Under the pieces are notes generated by a model. The model saw nothing but the letters and a program-made list of their open reading frames with translations. It did no database searches and had not been told where the DNA came from. The position numbers and the translations under genes are program-made. From NCBI GenBank assembly GCA_964415615.1, contig CAYQAW010000004.1:21543-85542 (forward strand): a DNA stretch of 64,000 bases. Reading direction: 5' to 3'. Of the stretch, positions 17,623-27,413 are shown piece after piece (positions within the stretch are counted from its first letter, which is position 1; the number at the start of each line of letters is the position of its first letter). Origin of the DNA: an uncultured Gammaproteobacteria bacterium. Its GTDB lineage: Bacteria; Patescibacteriota; Microgenomatia; Daviesbacterales; UBA10151.

Positions 17623-19149
17623 ATGTCTAAGTCTAAAATTGGCTATTTTCTATTAATTATTTTATTGTCTTTTATCAGCTTTTATCCTGCTTTTAATTTT
17701 TCTTTTATTGTTGATGATTGGTACTTACTTTGGGGAGTATTTTTTGACAAGACCATTATTGCAGAATACCTTCGGACTCAACACCCAAACGTTGTTTATG
17801 AATTTTTACTACTAGCTCCAATTTTTAAATTTAATCCATTTTATTATCAAGTGGTGGGATATATTCTTAAGGTGGTAGATTCTTTTACTGTTGGCCTTTT
17901 AATATTGAGCGTTACAAAATCTCGCACTGCTGCTTTGTTTTCCAGTATCACTTTTGCTGCCTCAGAAATTGGAATAGAAGCGTTTACCCGCATAGGTGCG
18001 CAAAATTCTGCCCTGCTTATCCCGACTTTATCTTTAGGATTTTATTTTTGGTTTAAAGCCAAGGAAGGAAACTCAATTACCAAGTATTTGGTTTCTTTAA
18101 TGTTTATAGTCCTGGGTCTTTTAGGTGATCCAGGGACCGGGATAGTGATTGTACCGGTAATTGTTTTATGGGAAGTATTAAACCTTATCCAGAAGTACTC
18201 AAGACAAAACTTAAAACGGGTCCTTATTCATACAGGTTTACTATTTTTAACTATAATCTTTATTACGAGGATCTTCTTAGATTCTAAGATTTCTGATAGA
18301 CAAGATTATATCTCTAAACATTTAATATTTATTGCGAATAATCTATTCTTTACAACAGCTAATTTCCTGACGTCTATTGGAAACTTTTTAATGGGATGGG
18401 TTATCTCTTTTCCAGAGTACACTCATCTGGGAAGTCCAAGCATAGTGACAATGATTTTTGGAGGAGCTTTTGTTATCAGTATTGCAATTTTGGGGATGAT
18501 TTTTATTTTAAAGAAAAAGGAAAGCTCCAAAGTAGTATTATTTTTATCCATCTTTTCTCTATTATTTTATCTGCCAAGTTGGCTTACTCAAACCCACTAT
18601 GTGGAAGGGGGAGCTATTTCCGCAGCTTCAAACCGCTATTTTGCCATTTCTAGTATAGGTCTATTAGGACTAATTTCATATCTAATTACTATAATAAAGA
18701 GTACTAATTTCAGATTCATTGTGATTGCCTTGGTGGTTTTATTACAACTATGGAGTGCAAACAGGGTTTTGATACAAGAAGCCAAATATAGAACTACTAA
18801 AGTTCAAAATATACTCTATAGCCAAATTAATAAAGATGCTCCTAAAGGAAGCGAACAGAGAAGTCTTTATGTATTTTTAGGTAATAGTTGGCTGAGGATC
18901 GTGGGACTTGGGTGGAATGGTTTTTTCCCACTTGCTCTACAAAGAGGAATTATTAATATAAAGGAGTTTCCTGCAATTGTTAATAATTTGCAGCTTGCTA
19001 AAGAGGATATTTGCCCTTTAGATAAGTCTACGCCCAAATATAGCCTTGCTGATATGTATGCTTGGGAAGTTGACGAGCAGTCTATTTATAATGTCACAGA
19101 GCAAGCAAGAAAATTGGTTAATGACAGCTGTGCTGGTTTATCTAGGTAA
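17623..19149 (+). CDS. Polytopic membrane protein, possible GT-C-type glycosyltransferase
   Basis: 508 aa and highly hydrophobic with many predicted TM helices. An early acidic loop 'IVDDWYLLW' resembles the DE/DD motif of GT-C enzymes. No firm assignment. Confidence 0.5.
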   Translation: MSKSKIGYFLLIILLSFISFYPAFNFSFIVDDWYLLWGVFFDKTIIAEYLRTQHPNVVYEFLLLAPIFKFNPFYYQVVGYILKVVDSFTVGLLILSVTKSRTAALFSSITFAASEIGIEAFTRIGAQNSALLIPTLSLGFYFWFKAKEGNSITKYLVSLMFIVLGLLGDPGTGIVIVPVIVLWEVLNLIQKYSRQNLKRVLIHTGLLFLTIIFITRIFLDSKISDRQDYISKHLIFIANNLFFTTANFLTSIGNFLMGWVISFPEYTHLGSPSIVTMIFGGAFVISIAILGMIFILKKKESSKVVLFLSIFSLLFYLPSWLTQTHYVEGGAISAASNRYFAISSIGLLGLISYLITIIKSTNFRFIVIALVVLLQLWSANRVLIQEAKYRTTKVQNILYSQINKDAPKGSEQRSLYVFLGNSWLRIVGLGWNGFFPLALQRGIINIKEFPAIVNNLQLAKEDICPLDKSTPKYSLADMYAWEVDEQSIYNVTEQARKLVNDSCAGLSR

Positions 19150-19840
19150 AGTTATTTTTGGGTGAAAGTTCATTTAGTAAAACTTTAATATTCTCCCAGC
19201 CAGTTTTAAGGGACCGCATAGAAGTTTCATTGAATACTCGTTTGCCTTCTTTGGTAGGAAATTCGGTGATTTTGATCTTAAGCTTAAGAGCTCTTATTAC
19301 TTGCTCGTAATCGGGTGCAATTGCATTTGGAATCTTAATTCCCAATTTATTATATACAGATCTTGAAAATGCCCGATAACCTTGAGTTATATCAGTACAA
19401 AAGAATTCTTTATTCCCCCAAAAAGTGTTCGCCGCTTTGCCAAGGCCTTGGCAGAACCATTTTCTACTTTTTATTAATTGATCATCTTCTTCATTAATTG
19501 CTTTCTTGATCATTCTGCTGGCAATAATAAACCCAACTCCTTTTCTAAGCAGGGAAACAAACTTTAGAATAGCTTCTGGATCCATATTGCCATCCGGGTG
19601 GAAAAATATCAGACAATCTTCTTTGGTATTTCCGAAAGCAGACTCGTAAGCTCCTCCAACTCCCGGATATCTTTGCGAGAATACCTTAATTTTTTTACTT
19701 TGCCAAAATTTTCTGGTGCCATCGATCGAGTTTCCATCTATAATGTAGGTTTTATTAACTGCATGAAAGGGAATCTTATTGAAAATATATTCACAATTTT
19801 TCTTCTCGTTTTTGGTAAATATTACTAAGGCAATTTTCAT
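19142..19840 (-). CDS. Glycosyltransferase family 2
   Basis: 'MKIALVIFTKNEKKNCEYIFNKI...YIIDGNSIDGT' is a GT-A fold N-terminus (DPM1/GtrB-like). Start set at ATG 19840. Confidence 0.65.
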   Translation of the reverse strand: MKIALVIFTKNEKKNCEYIFNKIPFHAVNKTYIIDGNSIDGTRKFWQSKKIKVFSQRYPGVGGAYESAFGNTKEDCLIFFHPDGNMDPEAILKFVSLLRKGVGFIIASRMIKKAINEEDDQLIKSRKWFCQGLGKAANTFWGNKEFFCTDITQGYRAFSRSVYNKLGIKIPNAIAPDYEQVIRALKLKIKITEFPTKEGKRVFNETSMRSLKTGWENIKVLLNELSPKNNFT

Positions 19841-20558
19841 AGGAAAAAGTATATTAGAATCTAAGGTAATAAACAATTATCTGAGCATGGGTCATAATTA
19901 ATTTACCCATACTCTCCTTGTTGTTTGTAAACAACGTACAAAGATTGTATCATATGTGTTACTTAAGAATTGGTTCTTTAGTCAACACATTCAAAATTAC
20001 TGCTACCTGGTACAAAAAGATCACTGTTAGTAAATATCCTGCTACCTTTAACTCACCTCTAACAGATAAATGGTACTGAAAAGATTTTCATGAACTTTCA
20101 AAGAACTTACTGAGGCTAGAATTGGCAAGACCAATTTATCAATTGAAACAATCACATCCAATCCATAGCCAAAAACCCAGCCTCTGTGATGTGATTTACT
20201 CCTGAAGCATCTTTGTTAACCTACCTTAAGCCTTTTGGGATAATCCCCAGTTTTTGATCTTTTGAATGCCATAGTCTTCCTAAAGCAGCAAACGTCCTAC
20301 TTTCCACATCTAGTCTTCCCAGGTCAAAAAGGTGTTCCTAATAAACCACATTATTGCAGTTAGGATGTAAATTAAAACTGGCTTTCTCCACCCTGACAAT
20401 CTCCTATCAAAAGTCCTTCCGTTGGAAATATTACTATCAGGAAATTCAATAGTTTCTCTCAAACCATCTCCCCTTCTATCTTTTTTAGACAAGAAGATTT
20501 TAGAGGGTGATTTTTAATTTTGCAAATTCTTATTAAAGTGCTACAATATTAAAAGTAA

Positions 20559-20586
20559 GAATTATATCCCAACTTCAATTATATAA
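20559..20586 (+). promoter_or_regulatory. 28-bp conserved upstream element, copy 1 (gaattatatcccaacttcaattatataa)
   Basis: Exact repeat of the element at 22624..22650. Internal direct repeat AATTATAT-N9-AATTATATA. Lies 20 nt upstream of ATG 20607. Confidence 0.4.
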
Positions 20587-20606
20587 CTTGACAATCTATT
20601 AATTTA

Positions 20607-22484
20607 ATGAAAATAAAACGTTCTACATTTTTGATTTTTGTAGTGGCTATTGTAATTGTTATATTGACCCAATTTTTCTTGCTCAAACCTATCATTAATT
20701 ATCAATTATTTAGTTCTGATGATTGGATGTGGTTAACTATTTATCATTCGATACAATTACCGCTACCTTTGAAATTAGTCCGTATATGGACATCGCTGGG
20801 TATGTATGAAGGAAGTTATCTTTCTTATATAGGGATACTAAGTGACTTACTCGGTAAAAACTATCAAGCTTATCAATATTTAAATATTTTTTTGAAGATA
20901 CTTGCAACAATAACTTTATTTCCCATGTTAATAATTCTCTTTAGGAATCGGCTTTTAGCATTTTTAACAACGATCCTTTATGGGATTAATGCAGCATCTA
21001 TAGGATCCTTTCCATGGTTTTTTAAGGGAGGAGTGTTTGCATCGATTACTTTCATGAATTTATTCTTTATCTCCTATTACTATACAATTATTAAAAAATC
21101 AAAATCTCTACTAACTTTATCTTCAATTCTGGTCTTTCTGTCTTTCTTATCGTCACCTACAAGGATATACCCTTTATTTTTTTTAATAATATTATTTGAA
21201 GCATTCTGGTTTTATATGAACCGATCGTTAAACAATATAAAGTTTTCCCTTATTAGAGTTTTGTGTTTTTTTCTGCCTACTATCTTTGTTATTACCCATG
21301 CTGGAGTTACCCCAGATCATACTGTAGCTCGAGAACCTTTAATTCTTCTCAACGATATTTTAAAAAGTGGTTGGTATAACTTGCTTTCACCTCTAAATGG
21401 AATTGGTTTTTCTTTAGTTAATAATGAAGTTTTCAGATATTTTGGTTCAATAAGCATTAATAGTTTGAGCTCCTTGAGTAACTACTTACTTTTTCTCTTG
21501 CAAGGTTGTTTATGGATTTTATTAATCTGTACAATGATTTTATCAGCAATTCTTTCAAGAAGGTATTTCCGATTTTTCCTATCGGTATTTGTGTTCAATT
21601 TTATCTTTGAAATTCTCATGTTTTTTGTAGCCACTAAACATCTTAATATATTTCCCCCTTATAATGTATCTTATGATCCCAATTTATTTTTTATAACTAT
21701 ATATGCTTCCCTCATTGGTATTTATGTTCTTACGACCTCATTAGAATCCTTCTTAGAATGGAAGAGAGAAACAACTAATAGCCTACTTGCTGCAGTTTGG
21801 TTAGGACCTTTATTTTCATTAGTATTTACATTCTTAATGTGGTTTCCTCTGGGTTATGCATTAAATGGTTATAATAGCACACATTATTATTTCCAAATTC
21901 CAGCTATTGGTATGGCGTTATTTTTATCCGCAGTTTTGGCGATGATGTATGAAAAATGTAAGAACACAAAAATAACAAGATTTTTTGCTATCTTTCTTAT
22001 ATGCATGTTTGTTTTAACTTTTTATCAGTCTAGCAAGAGAGTAATTTATCATGACTTTATACGCTCCAACCAAATGAGAGTCAAAATTAATGATCAACAG
22101 ATTCTCCATGATAAGTTATGGGATAAATTGGGCGATAGAGGTAAAAGTGGAGATATTTTAATTTATATAGAACTTCCACAAGACAAAGAATTGGCTAATT
22201 ACTATAAAGAAGCTTTACTTTTTAATGGCCAATCTCTAGCAGCGATTATTAATTGGAGAAGAGATCCTAAAAACAGTAATGGTTGTGTAGAGATTGTTAA
22301 TGATAAAAATATTCTTAAATCAACTTTTTCCAAGATAGATAACCATATCATCTTCAACATTACTAAGGCTTACTGTGTCAGCAAAGCTCTATCTCCCTAT
22401 GAAATAAAAAGTCTTTATGCCTTTAAAATTGAAAATGGAGACTTTGTGGATATTAAAGATGATCTCTTGAAGGAATTCAGATGA
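20607..22484 (+). CDS. Polytopic membrane protein (unknown function; possible glycan-processing GT-C)
   Basis: 625 aa. More than 12 hydrophobic segments in the first ~450 aa, followed by a hydrophilic C-terminal ~170 aa. Confidence 0.5.
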   Translation: MKIKRSTFLIFVVAIVIVILTQFFLLKPIINYQLFSSDDWMWLTIYHSIQLPLPLKLVRIWTSLGMYEGSYLSYIGILSDLLGKNYQAYQYLNIFLKILATITLFPMLIILFRNRLLAFLTTILYGINAASIGSFPWFFKGGVFASITFMNLFFISYYYTIIKKSKSLLTLSSILVFLSFLSSPTRIYPLFFLIILFEAFWFYMNRSLNNIKFSLIRVLCFFLPTIFVITHAGVTPDHTVAREPLILLNDILKSGWYNLLSPLNGIGFSLVNNEVFRYFGSISINSLSSLSNYLLFLLQGCLWILLICTMILSAILSRRYFRFFLSVFVFNFIFEILMFFVATKHLNIFPPYNVSYDPNLFFITIYASLIGIYVLTTSLESFLEWKRETTNSLLAAVWLGPLFSLVFTFLMWFPLGYALNGYNSTHYYFQIPAIGMALFLSAVLAMMYEKCKNTKITRFFAIFLICMFVLTFYQSSKRVIYHDFIRSNQMRVKINDQQILHDKLWDKLGDRGKSGDILIYIELPQDKELANYYKEALLFNGQSLAAIINWRRDPKNSNGCVEIVNDKNILKSTFSKIDNHIIFNITKAYCVSKALSPYEIKSLYAFKIENGDFVDIKDDLLKEFR

Positions 22485-22623
22485 AACAAAGAATTGGCTC
22501 ATTGATCTGGATAATACACCCAATTTCGAACCAAACTTCACTCAGTTAGCAACAATGAGGGCAATATTTCTTAAAAAGTTGACTGGAAATGAATTGAAGA
22601 TTGGTATACTATATTAATAGTGG

Positions 22624-22650
22624 GAATTATATCCCAACTTCAATTATATA
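22624..22650 (+). promoter_or_regulatory. Conserved upstream element, copy 2, abutting ATG of 22651..23637
   Basis: Identical 27-28 nt to 20559..20586. A TTGACT (22578) ... TATACT (22604) promoter-like pair lies just upstream. Confidence 0.4.
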
Positions 22651-23637
22651 ATGGATAAGGCTATCGTAATTACCACTATAAACTCTCCCAGAGAAGAAAT
22701 AAAAAAATTTTCAAGAATAAAGGATTGGCAACTTGTTTGTATAGGCGATACAAAAACACCTGAAAATTGGTTCCAAAAAGGTGTTTGTTATCTATCTCCA
22801 AAAGACCAAGATAAACTTTTTAGCCAGTTTTCCCAGGTTTTACCTTGGAGAAAATATGCAAGGAAAAATATTGGCTTTTTATACGCAATTAAACAAGGAG
22901 CCAGTATTATCGGCGAAACAGACGATGATGTATTTCCTTACGATAACTTCCCTCCAGACTTGAGTAAGAAAAGGAGAATAAAGATTTTGAAAGGAGAGCA
23001 GTTTATCAACATATATAAGATATTTAATAAGAATATTAATAGCTGGCCGAGAGGGTTTCCGTTAAACTACATTAAGAAACAAGATAAAGTTAAAGTTCAT
23101 GAGGGACAAGTTAAAACTTTAATGATTAACTCACTTATTGATAAGGATGGAGACTTTGATGCGATATACCGGTTTTTGTTTAACGATTGGGTAAGCTTTG
23201 ACAAGAAAGGACAATTTGCTCTTGAAAGGGGTTGTTATTGTCCTGTTAACACCCAGAATACCTTCACACATAAAGAAGCGTTTGTACTTTTATATATTCC
23301 TTCTTTTGTTAATCCTCATGTAGAGGATATTTGGCGGGGTTATATTGCACAAAGAGTTTTATGGGAAATGGGAAGCAAAATAGTATTTACCTATCCGACC
23401 GCATATACTAGTAATAGGAATAGCCATGATTATTTGAGGGATTTTGAGCATGAGCTGCCTTTGTATTTGCAGACTAATAAGTTAATCCAGTTGCTGGATA
23501 ATATTAAACTTTCAAAAGATCCCTCAAGGTCACTTATTAAAGTATATAAACAGTTAATCAAAGAAGGATTAGTTCAAAAAGAAGAGCTTGAGATATTGCA
23601 AGCTTGGGTTAAACTAGTTGAGAAGCTATCTTCCTAA
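22651..23637 (+). CDS. Hypothetical soluble protein (unknown family)
   Basis: 328 aa with no TM. N-terminus 'AIVITTINSPREEIKKFSRIKDWQLVCIGDTKTP' is Rossmann-like (putative nucleotide-binding). No confident family assignment. Confidence 0.5.
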   Translation: MDKAIVITTINSPREEIKKFSRIKDWQLVCIGDTKTPENWFQKGVCYLSPKDQDKLFSQFSQVLPWRKYARKNIGFLYAIKQGASIIGETDDDVFPYDNFPPDLSKKRRIKILKGEQFINIYKIFNKNINSWPRGFPLNYIKKQDKVKVHEGQVKTLMINSLIDKDGDFDAIYRFLFNDWVSFDKKGQFALERGCYCPVNTQNTFTHKEAFVLLYIPSFVNPHVEDIWRGYIAQRVLWEMGSKIVFTYPTAYTSNRNSHDYLRDFEHELPLYLQTNKLIQLLDNIKLSKDPSRSLIKVYKQLIKEGLVQKEELEILQAWVKLVEKLSS

Positions 23638-23649
23638 ATAAATCTTAAA

Positions 23650-24930
23650 TTAAAGACTCGAGTTTTTTACTATTTTGAAGTCAGGAAGGGGGATAATGAA
23701 ATCTGACTTTAATCCTCTGGCTTTTAGTTGTTCCATAATAGGCTTTGCATAGTGCCAGGCGAGGATTACTACATAATTTGGTTGTTCGTCAATTAGCCTT
23801 TGATTGTTAACAATAGGGATATGTTTGCCGGGTAAATACTTATTTAATTTTAAGGAAGTTGGCTGTTCGGCTAAGTACGGTAATAATTCTTGATCAACTC
23901 CATAATAATTTAATAAAGTTGAACTACGGGCTGGGCAAGAGTTTCCCACAATTGATTTGCCTTTCTTTTTAGTTTGGAATAAAAAGTCCATAAATTCAAA
24001 TCTAGCTTTTTTAACCCTGTTGGCAAAATTTATAAATGTTTCTAATTTATTAAGGCCAAATTCTTTTTCAAGTTGTAATAAATCCTTGACTGCTGGGCTG
24101 ATTTTTTTACCTTTGCCTTTGGTGGCATAAACGCGGATATTTCCTCCATATCTGTCCCCTCTTTCGGCATCAGTGATGGTAAAGTCGTATTGATTAAATA
24201 ACCTTATATAAGCTTGCAGGGAGTATGTTCTTAGATGCTCATGGTAGATAGTATCAAATTGTCCGCCTTTTATGACATCTAATAAATAATGGGTTTCATT
24301 GATAAAGACACCATCTTTTTTCAGTAAATTATGTGCCCCAACTATAAATTCTCCTAAAGTCTGCATATGGGCAAAAGTGTTGGTAGTGATAACTGCTGAG
24401 GCCTCACCGTATTTATCTTTTATTTTTTGGGAAGTCTTAATATCAAAAAATGCTTGAACAGTATCAATTCCATTTGACTTAGCAATTTTTGCAATATTAG
24501 TTGGTTCTACCCCCAAAACCCTAATGCCTTGAGCTTTAAAACCACTAAGCAGGGTTCCGTCATTAGAGCCAATATCAATGACTAAATCCTTGGAAGTTAG
24601 GTTAAACTTCTTAATCAAAGAATCACTGATCTTTTTTTGGTATTCAGCCAGTTCTTTGGTAATACCGCTTCTATAAGGATAATCTGGGTGATAAACTTCT
24701 TCACCGGAAACTGCATAGTCAAGCTGAACGCAGGTGCAGTTTTTGCACCAGATCATTCTTAAGGGATAGGTTTTTTCTGGTAATTTGAGGGTTTCTTCTG
24801 TTAGCAGAGTATCACAAAGGGGTTGGTGACCTAAGTCCAAAATAGTGTAAAGATTGTTGCTATTGCATATTTGGCAGGCAGAAATAGGTCCGGTTTTGAT
24901 TAGATGATATTTTGGATAAGTTAATTTCAT
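23650..24930 (-). CDS. NDP-hexose C-methyltransferase-like SAM-dependent methyltransferase (TylCIII family architecture)
   Basis: The N-terminal Cys cluster 'CQICNSNN...LGHQPLCD' is the putative Zn-ribbon found in sugar C-methyltransferases. The central class-I MTase region is 'VIDIGSNDGTLL'. 'DTIYHEHLRTYSL' matches the conserved HEH motif of the C-methyltransferase C-terminal domain. Confidence 0.6.
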   Translation of the reverse strand: MKLTYPKYHLIKTGPISACQICNSNNLYTILDLGHQPLCDTLLTEETLKLPEKTYPLRMIWCKNCTCVQLDYAVSGEEVYHPDYPYRSGITKELAEYQKKISDSLIKKFNLTSKDLVIDIGSNDGTLLSGFKAQGIRVLGVEPTNIAKIAKSNGIDTVQAFFDIKTSQKIKDKYGEASAVITTNTFAHMQTLGEFIVGAHNLLKKDGVFINETHYLLDVIKGGQFDTIYHEHLRTYSLQAYIRLFNQYDFTITDAERGDRYGGNIRVYATKGKGKKISPAVKDLLQLEKEFGLNKLETFINFANRVKKARFEFMDFLFQTKKKGKSIVGNSCPARSSTLLNYYGVDQELLPYLAEQPTSLKLNKYLPGKHIPIVNNQRLIDEQPNYVVILAWHYAKPIMEQLKARGLKSDFIIPLPDFKIVKNSSL

Positions 24931-26283
24931 TTAGAGTCCAATTCCTTTATAAACTATACCAGCTTTGGTAAACGATGTTTTATCATATATTCTTCTGGCA
25001 TCAATAACAATAGACTTATGCATATTTTTTAAGAAAAACTGAGTGGGTAATTTTTTATAATCCTGCCAGGCTGTTACAACTATTACTGCATCAGCATTTT
25101 TAATCGCTTCTTCTGCAGTGTTTGTTAAACCGATCCGTAGATCTGCTAATTGTTTTGGTATGCCGTTTTGATAGGCCATTGGATCATGGGCTGTAACATC
25201 TGCTTTTTCTAAAAGCAGGTTTTCAATAATGGGAAAAGCTGGTGATTCTCTCAAGTCATCAGTATCTGGTTTAAACGAAAGCCCTAATATTGCAATCTTT
25301 TTATTTTGTAGGTTATCCCCCAACGCTTGTTTTAGTAATAGAATTGTTCTTAAAGGTTGGGTATTGTTGATGGTAATAACGCTTTTTAGAAGCTCCGGGT
25401 TTACCCCTTGTTCGGTTGCAAAGCTTAATAAGGCTTTAACATCTTTTGGGAAACAACTTCCTCCAAAACCACAGCCTGAAAAAATGTAACTTAATATACC
25501 AGGAGATATTCTTTTATTACCAATAATAGGACTTAATCTTTTGTCCAGATGGACACCGTTCCAGACATCTAAGACATCTACTTTACCAGTACTTTCAGAA
25601 ATTTTTGAAATTTCATTAGAGAAGCTGATTAAGGTAGCAAATAGAGAATTGGCAGTATATTTAATCATTTCAGCTGTCCAAAGGTTTGTGATAATAATTG
25701 GAGCTGATACTTTGGCATAGATCTTTGCAAATGCTTTTCCGCTTTTTTCATCTATTTTGCCAATAACAATTCGGTCAGGATTCAAAGCATCTTCTAAAGC
25801 ACAGCCCTCCCTTAGGAATTCTGGATTCATACATAAACCAAATTGTCCAACTTTTAAACCAGAGAACCTTTCTATAGTTGGTTTTACAACTTGTTCCGTA
25901 GTGCCTGGTAAAACCGTAGATTTAACAGCGATAACATGGTATTTATTGGTGCCTTTTAAAGCTTTGCCAATTTGTCCAGCAGCATTTTTTATATACGAAA
26001 GGTCGATTTTGTTATTTACAGTTGGAGTGCCAACAGCGATTATGGTTATTTCGGAGTCTTTAACAGCTTTTGCCAGGTCTTCGGTAGAATAAAACTTCTT
26101 TTCTTTTAAATTTTTTTTAAGCAGCTTATCAACATCAGGTTCATAAAATGGGGATTGTCCCTGATTAATTTTTAAAACTTTATTTTTATCATTATCAATA
26201 CAAACAACTGTATGCCCAAGACTAGCAAGGTAAGTCCCGGTGATTAGCCCCACATAACCCGTGCCGACAATTGAAATTTTCAT
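24931..26283 (-). CDS. ugd: UDP-glucose 6-dehydrogenase
   Basis: 'MKISIVGTGYVGLITGTYLA' Rossmann motif. 'GFGGSCFPKD' is the catalytic Cys motif. 450 aa, typical length. Confidence 0.75.
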   Translation of the reverse strand: MKISIVGTGYVGLITGTYLASLGHTVVCIDNDKNKVLKINQGQSPFYEPDVDKLLKKNLKEKKFYSTEDLAKAVKDSEITIIAVGTPTVNNKIDLSYIKNAAGQIGKALKGTNKYHVIAVKSTVLPGTTEQVVKPTIERFSGLKVGQFGLCMNPEFLREGCALEDALNPDRIVIGKIDEKSGKAFAKIYAKVSAPIIITNLWTAEMIKYTANSLFATLISFSNEISKISESTGKVDVLDVWNGVHLDKRLSPIIGNKRISPGILSYIFSGCGFGGSCFPKDVKALLSFATEQGVNPELLKSVITINNTQPLRTILLLKQALGDNLQNKKIAILGLSFKPDTDDLRESPAFPIIENLLLEKADVTAHDPMAYQNGIPKQLADLRIGLTNTAEEAIKNADAVIVVTAWQDYKKLPTQFFLKNMHKSIVIDARRIYDKTSFTKAGIVYKGIGL

Positions 26284-26285
26284 CT

Positions 26286-27413
26286 TTATTTGGCCTTAGT
26301 TTTTGGTGGCAGATTGGTTTCATACCAGATTAGCGTATTTAACAAGCCTCGATCTAAGCTAATTTCAGGGTTATAGCCTAAGTTTTTTTTGGCTTTAGCA
26401 ATTTGCGGACAGCGGCGGTTCGGGTTATCTGTTAAATAATCGGAGTCTTTGCTTTTTTCCTTAATTATTTTTCCAGAATAACCAAATTCTTTGGCAGCAA
26501 GCTTCTTCATTTTTTCTGCCAAATCAATCATAGATATCTCTGGATTTTCAACGCCGATGTTATAGCTTTCTGCGGGAAGCCCTTTAATTAAAATCTTAAT
26601 ATATCCAGCAAGGGCATCAGTTATATAACAAAAGGTACGGGTTGGTGAACCTTGAGACAAAAGTACAATGTTGTTGTTTGCCAAAATATTTTTTGCAAAA
26701 TCTGGGATAACCCTTTTATCATCAATTTTCAAACCAGGTCCATAATTATTAAAGGGCCGGGCTATCTTAATAGGAAGGCCGTAGACTCTTGAATAATTGA
26801 CACAGAGAGTTTCGCCAAACCGTTTGGATTCATCGTAGCAAGCCCTGGGGCCAGTGCAAGAAACATTACCTCGGTAAGTTTCTGGAGTAGGTATATTATC
26901 AGGGGTAGGATCGCCGTAGATTTCGCTTGAGGAAAAGAATAATAATCCCCTGACAGGCCTCTTTGTTTTTTTTCTGGCCACAGTATAATTTAAAACATGA
27001 TAAAGCCCTTGTATATTGGCATTAATTGTCTCAATAGGGAATTGGCGATAAAAAGTTGGCGAGGCAATAGAGGCAGCATGAATGATGTAATCAAATGTTT
27101 GATTGGGAGAAAGCTTGAATTTTGTGACATCTGCTTTGAGTATTTCAATTTTTTTTTCGCTTAATAACCATTCTGGTATGCCTTTGGGGAAGTTATCTAA
27201 AGCATACAATTTTATTTTCTTTTCTGGATATTTTCTATTCCAAGCGAAAATCGACTTAATAAAGTAATATCCTAAAAAGCCGTTGGCTCCTGTAAACAAA
27301 ATAGTGTTTCCAGCCAGAGTTTCAAATTCCTCTTTAGCTTTAGCTATAATATAATTTAGATCCTTCTCTTCGATAGAGTTCTTACCTAATTCCATTACTT
27401 CCAGACTTTCCAC
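26286..27413 (-). CDS. UDP-glucuronate decarboxylase (UDP-xylose synthase)-like extended SDR
   Basis: 'GPRACYDESKRFGETLCVNY...KIARPFNNYGPG' is near-identical in pattern to the UXS 'GPRACYDEGKRVAETMCYAY...RVARIFNTFGPR'. 'SPTRTFCYITD' resembles 'SQTRAFQYVSD'. It sits directly next to ugd. Confidence 0.65.
   Translation of the reverse strand: MESLEVMELGKNSIEEKDLNYIIAKAKEEFETLAGNTILFTGANGFLGYYFIKSIFAWNRKYPEKKIKLYALDNFPKGIPEWLLSEKKIEILKADVTKFKLSPNQTFDYIIHAASIASPTFYRQFPIETINANIQGLYHVLNYTVARKKTKRPVRGLLFFSSSEIYGDPTPDNIPTPETYRGNVSCTGPRACYDESKRFGETLCVNYSRVYGLPIKIARPFNNYGPGLKIDDKRVIPDFAKNILANNNIVLLSQGSPTRTFCYITDALAGYIKILIKGLPAESYNIGVENPEISMIDLAEKMKKLAAKEFGYSGKIIKEKSKDSDYLTDNPNRRCPQIAKAKKNLGYNPEISLDRGLLNTLIWYETNLPPKTKAK

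Noticed and set aside
19885-19911. Hairpin ATGGGT-N12-ACCCAT upstream of the GT2 gene start
   Set aside because: The stem is only 6 bp with half its pairs A-T and a 12-nt loop. It has no poly-T tract and sits upstream (not downstream) of the nearest gene. It is too weak to call a terminator or riboswitch element.
20310-20492. 60-aa ORF in the long intergenic region
   Set aside because: It is Arg/Asp-rich and low-complexity with no recognisable fold. It is more likely chance, or part of a decayed gene, than a functional CDS. The region is reported as a finding instead.
22520-22560. 'TTCGAACC' T-loop-like string, considered as a tRNA fragment
   Set aside because: No acceptor stem, D-arm or anticodon arm pairing can be built around it. 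The T-loop-like string is isolated.
22651-23637. Assignment of the 328-aa protein to a named glycosyltransferase family (e.g. DUF288/STELLO-like)
   Set aside because: This was only a vague impression from the N-terminal 'VITTINSP' Rossmann-like start. I cannot recall diagnostic motifs well enough to support it, so it is left as hypothetical.
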